Below are positions 53,715 through 59,568 of a DNA stretch of 59,568 bases, one piece after another. The stretch's first letter is position 1; every line of letters begins with the position of its first letter. The notes beneath the pieces are model-generated. The model saw only the letters and a program-made list of their open reading frames with translations, was not told the origin of the DNA and ran no database searches. Made by a program: the position numbers and the translations under genes. Source of the DNA: an uncultured Candidatus Saccharibacteria bacterium (GTDB lineage Bacteria; Patescibacteriota; Minisyncoccia; Phycocordibacterales; UBA5272); the NCBI GenBank assembly GCA_964406165.1, contig CAYOQQ010000003.1, forward strand, positions 1 to 59,568, given 5' to 3'.

Positions 53715-54566
53715 ATGCATGGAGCAACTCATGAAACTACAGAGCAAGTAACACACCAAGAAGGTGGAAGTTTTTTTCATGTTCGTGAAGAAATTCCAAC
53801 AATTAATGCACCAACACTTGGGGATGTTGGGCCAATTACGATTGCAACTTCTTCGGTCACAATTCTGCTTATCACAATTTTATTAATTGGTTTGTGTGTT
53901 GCAGTCTCAAAGTCACGACTCGTACCTTCACGCTTCCAGCATTTGATGGAGATGCTTTATGAAATGATTGAGTCATTCATCACTTCAATTATTGGTGATA
54001 AGCATCGAGCACATAAAGTTGTCCCATATGTTGGATCACTTATGCTTTATCTTCTTGTTGCTAACCTTCTTCCAATGATGCCTGGAATTTCTGGATTCGC
54101 AGTAACAATTGGAGGTGAACATGTGCCACTTTTTAGAGGAGCTACAACTGATTTTAATACGACATTTGGTCTTGCGCTTGCAGTTATTGTAACAATGCAG
54201 ATTGTTGGAATGAAAGAACAGGGGGTGTTTGGTTATCTTTCACATTTCATACAGATTAAGCAAGTAGTTCATGGATTCAAAAAAGGATTAGGTGAGGGAA
54301 TGGTGGCAATTATCGGTTTCTTCGTAGGACTTATCGAAATAATTTCTGAGCTTGCTAAGATGCTTTCACTCTCACTTCGTCTTTTTGGTAACCTTTTTGC
54401 TCACGAAGTACTAACAGTTATTTTACTCGGTGCGTTCGCGTTTGGTGTTCCAGCACTTTGGATGGGGATGGGTGTGCTTGTTGGGATTGTTCAATCTATA
54501 GTATTCACGGCACTTGTTACTGTTTACTATTCTTTAGTTCTCAAAAAAGAAGGAGGGGGGCATTAA
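53715..54566 (+). CDS. atpB: F0F1 ATP synthase subunit a
   Basis: LSLSLRLFGNLFAHEV signature. Confidence 0.92.
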   Translation: MHGATHETTEQVTHQEGGSFFHVREEIPTINAPTLGDVGPITIATSSVTILLITILLIGLCVAVSKSRLVPSRFQHLMEMLYEMIESFITSIIGDKHRAHKVVPYVGSLMLYLLVANLLPMMPGISGFAVTIGGEHVPLFRGATTDFNTTFGLALAVIVTMQIVGMKEQGVFGYLSHFIQIKQVVHGFKKGLGEGMVAIIGFFVGLIEIISELAKMLSLSLRLFGNLFAHEVLTVILLGAFAFGVPALWMGMGVLVGIVQSIVFTALVTVYYSLVLKKEGGGH

Positions 54567-54734
54567 AATATAGTACTTTGGTAGGTCTGTCACTGATGCA
54601 ATTATCGTATATATTTGCTATACTGCAAAACAAAGCCGAGTAGGCTCATTTTTATTGAAAGGTTGCATGGTATGAGTTTGCATTTTTTATATGCAACTGA
54701 TAACTAACAACTATTAACTAACAACTGTATTTAT

Positions 54735-54953
54735 ATGACACCAGAAGCAGCAATTTATATCGCAAGAGGAATGTGTATTTTAGCTATGATTGGAACAGCA
54801 ATCGGACAAGGATACCTCGTAGGAAAGACCATGGAGGCAATCGGACGTAACCCAGATATCGAAGGATCTCTTTTTTCTAAGATGATCATTGGAGTTGCGA
54901 TGACAGAAACAACAGCGATCTTCGCGCTTGTTGCATTCTTCCTCCTTAAATAA
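54735..54953 (+). CDS. atpE: F0F1 ATP synthase subunit c
   Basis: GRNPD loop, and AMTETTAIFALVAFFLL with the essential Glu. Confidence 0.92.
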   Translation: MTPEAAIYIARGMCILAMIGTAIGQGYLVGKTMEAIGRNPDIEGSLFSKMIIGVAMTETTAIFALVAFFLLK

Positions 54954-55024
54954 GGTTATAGGTTATAGGTGATAGGGATTATTGATTTCTACAACCTATA
55001 AACTACAACCTACCACCTTACTTT

Positions 55025-55522
55025 ATGTCTGAAATATTAAACATCTTAGGTTCAGTTGGATTTAATTGGCATGTAGCACTTGCTAACTTTTTCAACTTCC
55101 TCATCATTCTCTTTCTCTTGAATAAATTTTTCTTCAAGAAGATTGGTCAGACGATTGATACACGTCACTCGATTATCGAGCGTGGTCTTAATCAGGCAAA
55201 GGATGCAGAAAAGGCGCTTGCGTCAGCTGAGGAAGAGAAAAGTACAATCCTTAAAGAAGCTCGTAAGGAGCGTGATACTATCGTTGCAAACGGTGAAAGT
55301 CTTGCACGTGATCTCGCTCTTAAGATTGAACATGATGCACAAGCATCGATTGATGCACGCACTGCTAAGCTTGCTTCACAAGAAGCACACTTAACCGCTG
55401 AAGTTGAGAAAGCGTTCGCAGTTAAAGCTCCTCACTTGGTGGCTCAGCTTTACGCTAAGACACTTATGCGTGAATTAACAGAAGAAGATAATAATAAGTT
55501 GATTGCTTCAATGAAAGCATAA
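55025..55522 (+). CDS. atpF: F0F1 ATP synthase subunit b
   Basis: N-terminal TM helix followed by a long charged helix. Operon position. Confidence 0.85.
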   Translation: MSEILNILGSVGFNWHVALANFFNFLIILFLLNKFFFKKIGQTIDTRHSIIERGLNQAKDAEKALASAEEEKSTILKEARKERDTIVANGESLARDLALKIEHDAQASIDARTAKLASQEAHLTAEVEKAFAVKAPHLVAQLYAKTLMRELTEEDNNKLIASMKA

Positions 55523-55529
55523 TAGAAGC

Positions 55530-55877
55530 ATGCCATTATCTCGTAAACTCGCCATCCTAATCTTAGAAGGAAAAGCATCGCTTGATGATGTTGTTGTATT
55601 GCTTGAAAAGTATGACCTACTCACACTACTTCCGTTTATCAAGCAATCATTAGTGCAACTCTCGCACGGTGCACATAAAGAGGGGACGATGACTATCGAA
55701 ACACCGTACCCACTTTCAGAAAAGTCTCTAGCGAGAATCAAAGAAATTGCAGGAGATGCTCATGCACCACATACGGTTATCATTAGCAAAAAGATTCTTG
55801 CAGGATTTAAGGCTAAGTACAAAGGAATGATGTATGACGGCAGTGCAGAAAGAATCATACGGCAAATCATCAATTAG
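55530..55877 (+). CDS. atpH: F0F1 ATP synthase subunit delta (unusually short, 115 aa)
   Basis: Operon position. The C-terminal pattern ..GFKAKYKGMMYDGSAERIIRQI resembles the OSCP C-terminus. Confidence 0.65.
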   Translation: MPLSRKLAILILEGKASLDDVVVLLEKYDLLTLLPFIKQSLVQLSHGAHKEGTMTIETPYPLSEKSLARIKEIAGDAHAPHTVIISKKILAGFKAKYKGMMYDGSAERIIRQIIN

Positions 55878-55913
55878 CATTCACTTATAAATCACTAACC
55901 ATTAACTATTATC

Positions 55914-57416
55914 ATGTCAGTAGAAAAAATAATTCAAGAGCTTGAAGAAAAAATCGCACACGCACAAACAAAAGTCGAAGTCCAAGAAGTTGGGACTGTT
56001 GTTTCTGTTGGTGACGGTATTGCACGTGTTTCAGGACTTCTTTCTTGTGCGAGTCTTGAGGAAGTAACATTCTCTTCTGGTGCGCGAGGTCTTGCACTTA
56101 ACCTTGAAAGTGACATGGTGGGTGTGGTGATTGTAGATGGTGCTGACTTGGTGGCTGAAGGGCAGGAGGTTACTCGCACAAAGAGAGTGCTCTCTATTCC
56201 TGTTGGTGAGGCGCTCTTAGGCAGAGTGGTTGACCCACTTATGAAGCCGTTAGATGGTGAGCCGCTAACTGGACTTAACTCTCGAGAGCTTGTAGAAAAG
56301 ATTGCACCGGGAGTGATGGAGCGTGAGCCAGTTAATCAAGCGCTTCAGACAGGTATTAAGGCAATCGATGCCATGATACCAATTGGACGTGGACAGCGAG
56401 AACTTATCATTGGTGATCGCCAGACAGGTAAGACAACGATTGCAGTTGATACAATCATCAACCAAAAAGGGACAGGGGTTATTTGTGTCTATGTTGCAAT
56501 TGGTCAAAAGGAATCAAAGATTGCTCAGATTGTTGAGAAGCTCAAAGAAGCTGGCGCAATGGAATACACGGTCGTAGTTCTAGCTGGAGCATCACACTCT
56601 GCAACTCTCTCATACCTTGCACCGTACTCAGGAGTATCAATCGCAGAATATTTTATGAATCAGAAGAAAGATGTGCTCGTTGTATACGATGATCTTTCTA
56701 AGCATGCGGTTGCATATCGTGAAATGTCACTCCTCCTTAAGCGTCCACCAGGACGTGAAGCATATCCAGGAGATGTGTTCTATCTCCACTCACGTCTTCT
56801 TGAACGAGCGTGTCGTAGAAACGAAGAAGCAGGAGGAGGATCAATTACAGCACTTCCAATTATCGAAACACAAGCAGGGGACGTATCAGCGTATATCCCA
56901 ACGAATGTTATTTCTATTACAGACGGACAAATCTTCCTCGACGCTAACCTCTTCTATAAAGGTATGCGACCAGCGATTGATGTTGGGCTCTCGGTGTCAC
57001 GTGTAGGATCATCAGCGCAGACAAAAGCGATGAAGAAAAACGCTGGTAAGATGAAGCTCGCAATGGCCCAATACCGTGAACTCGAAAGTTTCTCACAATT
57101 CGATTCTGATCTTGATGCAGATACTAAGAAGACAATTGAACGAGGAAAGAGAACTGGAGAAATGCTCAAGCAGGGTAACGGTGCACCACTTTCTGTTGGT
57201 CTTCAGGTTGCTTCTATTTATGCAGCGAACAATGGCTTCCTTGACCCGATTACTCCACTGGAAGTAGTTGACTGGGAAAAGGGAATGCATACGTATATGC
57301 TAGCTTCTCACAGTGAGTTAATCGATAAGCTTGCAACTTCATGGTCAGACGAGCTTGAAGCTGGTATCAAAGAAGCACTCACCTCATACGCAGGAGTGTA
57401 CACAAAGCCAGAATAG
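55914..57416 (+). CDS. atpA: F0F1 ATP synthase subunit alpha
   Basis: GDRQTGKT Walker A, and the overall alpha-subunit pattern. Confidence 0.97.
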   Translation: MSVEKIIQELEEKIAHAQTKVEVQEVGTVVSVGDGIARVSGLLSCASLEEVTFSSGARGLALNLESDMVGVVIVDGADLVAEGQEVTRTKRVLSIPVGEALLGRVVDPLMKPLDGEPLTGLNSRELVEKIAPGVMEREPVNQALQTGIKAIDAMIPIGRGQRELIIGDRQTGKTTIAVDTIINQKGTGVICVYVAIGQKESKIAQIVEKLKEAGAMEYTVVVLAGASHSATLSYLAPYSGVSIAEYFMNQKKDVLVVYDDLSKHAVAYREMSLLLKRPPGREAYPGDVFYLHSRLLERACRRNEEAGGGSITALPIIETQAGDVSAYIPTNVISITDGQIFLDANLFYKGMRPAIDVGLSVSRVGSSAQTKAMKKNAGKMKLAMAQYRELESFSQFDSDLDADTKKTIERGKRTGEMLKQGNGAPLSVGLQVASIYAANNGFLDPITPLEVVDWEKGMHTYMLASHSELIDKLATSWSDELEAGIKEALTSYAGVYTKPE

Positions 57417-57469
57417 ATGAATGTAGAATTTTAAATTTATAATTTGAAATTTGAAATAGACTGAGTAAC

Positions 57470-58318
57470 ATGCAAACAAAAGCAATTAAAGAAAAAATCA
57501 AAAGTGTTGGTAATATCAAGAAGATCACCAAAACAATGGAGATGATTTCTGCTACCAAAATGAAGAAGGCAATTGATAGCACAATGCTTATTCGTCCATT
57601 CAAAACAGAAGCACAACACATTTTGCATGATATTTCACTCGAGCCGCATACACGACATCCTCTTTTAAATGAGAATGGTGTGCAGAAAGAACTTATTATT
57701 CTTATTTCTTCAAACAAAGGTTTGTGTGGGAGTTATAACGTTAACATCTATCGCAAATTAATCTCACTGTATAACGAAGAAGAGCGTAAGAATCTTCAAG
57801 TGATTGCGTTTGGTAAATATTCAGAAAAAATTGCTCGTAAACTAAATCTAGAAGTATTGGCATCTTTTAACGCATCACAAATAACAGGAGATGATGCTCA
57901 TGCTACTTCAACACTTATTGTGAATTGGTACAAGGAAAAGAAAATAGGGAAGGTTCGTATACTCTATACGCATTTTGTATCAGGAAGTACTTTTTCGCCA
58001 ACTGCTATTCAGTTGCTTCCGTTTTCATCAGAAGGCGAGCCAGACAGACTTGGTGAGCCTCGTTATGCATATGAGCCAGATCAAGATACAGTGCTTTCAA
58101 TGATTATCCCAATGATGCTCCACAATATAATCTATGGTGCGATTCTTGAGAGTTATGCATCAGAACATACTGCGCGTATGATAGCGATGAAGAATGCGAC
58201 AGATAATGCAAAGGAGCTCCAAGCTGACCTTAAGCTCTACTATAACCGCGCTCGCCAGGGTGCAGTAACACAAGAGATTGCTGAGATCTCTTCAGGGGCG
58301 CTCGCTCTTACACAATAA
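57470..58318 (+). CDS. atpG: F0F1 ATP synthase subunit gamma
   Basis: IKKITKTMEMISATKMKKA N-terminus and RQGAVTQEIAEISSGA C-terminus. Confidence 0.93.
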   Translation: MQTKAIKEKIKSVGNIKKITKTMEMISATKMKKAIDSTMLIRPFKTEAQHILHDISLEPHTRHPLLNENGVQKELIILISSNKGLCGSYNVNIYRKLISLYNEEERKNLQVIAFGKYSEKIARKLNLEVLASFNASQITGDDAHATSTLIVNWYKEKKIGKVRILYTHFVSGSTFSPTAIQLLPFSSEGEPDRLGEPRYAYEPDQDTVLSMIIPMMLHNIIYGAILESYASEHTARMIAMKNATDNAKELQADLKLYYNRARQGAVTQEIAEISSGALALTQ

Positions 58319-58320
58319 GT

Positions 58321-58884
58321 ATGAAAAAAATTCCTGACAACGCAACAAGAGTATTTGAAGGAGTAATTTTTGATGTGTATCATTGGCAGCAAGAAATGTT
58401 CGACGGGTCATTTGCAACCTTTGAAGCAATTCATAGAAAAGAAAGTGTTTCGATTGTTGCGGTTGTCGGAGACAAGATTATTGTTAATCATGAAGAACAG
58501 CCAACAAAGAGTCCTTTTGTGACTATTCCAGGAGGTAATGCGGACGGTGACTCAACACTCGATGCTGCAAAGCGAGAGCTCTTAGAAGAAACAGGGTATG
58601 CGGCCGAAGAATGGCAGGAGTGGTTCGTTGCGGATCCTTCAGGAATGTCAAAAGTAGAATGGGAAAATCATTTTTATATTGCAAAAAATTGTAAAAAGGT
58701 GAAAGAACAAGAATTAGATCCTGGAGAAAAAATTGAAGTCACCTTAGCAACATTTGAAGAATTTCTAGAGCTACGTAATCACAAAGATTTTAGAAACAAA
58801 GATTTAATCCCAATACTAGAAAAAGCATCGCAAAGTGAAGAAGAGAAACAAACATTAAAAGCATTACTCGGCATCACCACATAA
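58321..58884 (+). CDS. NUDIX hydrolase
   Basis: Nudix box GGNADGDSTLDAAKRELLEETGY. Confidence 0.85.
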   Translation: MKKIPDNATRVFEGVIFDVYHWQQEMFDGSFATFEAIHRKESVSIVAVVGDKIIVNHEEQPTKSPFVTIPGGNADGDSTLDAAKRELLEETGYAAEEWQEWFVADPSGMSKVEWENHFYIAKNCKKVKEQELDPGEKIEVTLATFEEFLELRNHKDFRNKDLIPILEKASQSEEEKQTLKALLGITT

Positions 58885-58912
58885 TCCGAGAAACACCAAC
58901 TTACTAAACTAA

Positions 58913-59566
<654 letters not shown>

Positions 59567-59568
59567 GG

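Overview
This is an AT-rich, gene-dense contig. By inference from gene content it comes from a small, reduced genome of the Patescibacteria/CPR type. The supporting traits are many TrbC/VirB2-like 'T4SS pilin' paralogs, DUF2207 proteins, a split transketolase and an almost complete lack of Shine-Dalgarno (SD) sites. The genetic code looks standard: TGA is used as a stop and tRNA-Trp carries anticodon CCA.

The core genes are pth, rpsA, gyrA, glyQS, rpmG, tRNA-Trp, gap, an hrpA-like helicase, rpiB, an rpe-like gene, tktN and tktC, a PfkB kinase, fba, malic enzyme, tgt, uvrB, mnmA, a ZIP transporter with a Fur/Zur regulator, bcp, a DsbA-like protein, a yciB-like protein, and an atpBEFHAG-nudix-atpD operon.

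I saw no rRNA, CRISPR array, transposase or integrase.

The things most worth a second look are:
1. A GC-richer cassette at about 2.9-4.9 kb. It holds small minus-strand ORFs with consensus -35/-10 promoters, SD sites and terminators, plus a GC-rich 3' structured segment. Each minus-strand unit converges on a copy of a palindromic unit or micro-ORF family.
2. A free-standing GC-rich structured RNA candidate of about 400 nt at 25.5-25.9 kb. I could not match it to RNase P, tmRNA or SRP RNA motifs.
3. A six-gene cluster of pilin-like paralogs. One carries a Gly-rich linker and Cys4 modules, and a GC-richer two-gene insert interrupts the cluster.
4. Intergenic spacers built from locus-specific tandem heptamers, which form the arms of long hairpins.
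5. A hairpin family with covarying stems and a conserved CGTAC..GTACG core.
6. Leaderless TGnTATACT-N6-9-ATG promoters on core genes, in contrast to SD-led genes in the GC-richer islands.
7. A PEP-CTERM protein next to a tRNA-Trp whose 3' end sits inside a 29-bp perfect hairpin, followed by an inverted tRNA fragment.
8. An Illumina P5 adapter at the right contig end, which truncates atpD.

All functional calls rest on motifs read by eye. No database search was run.
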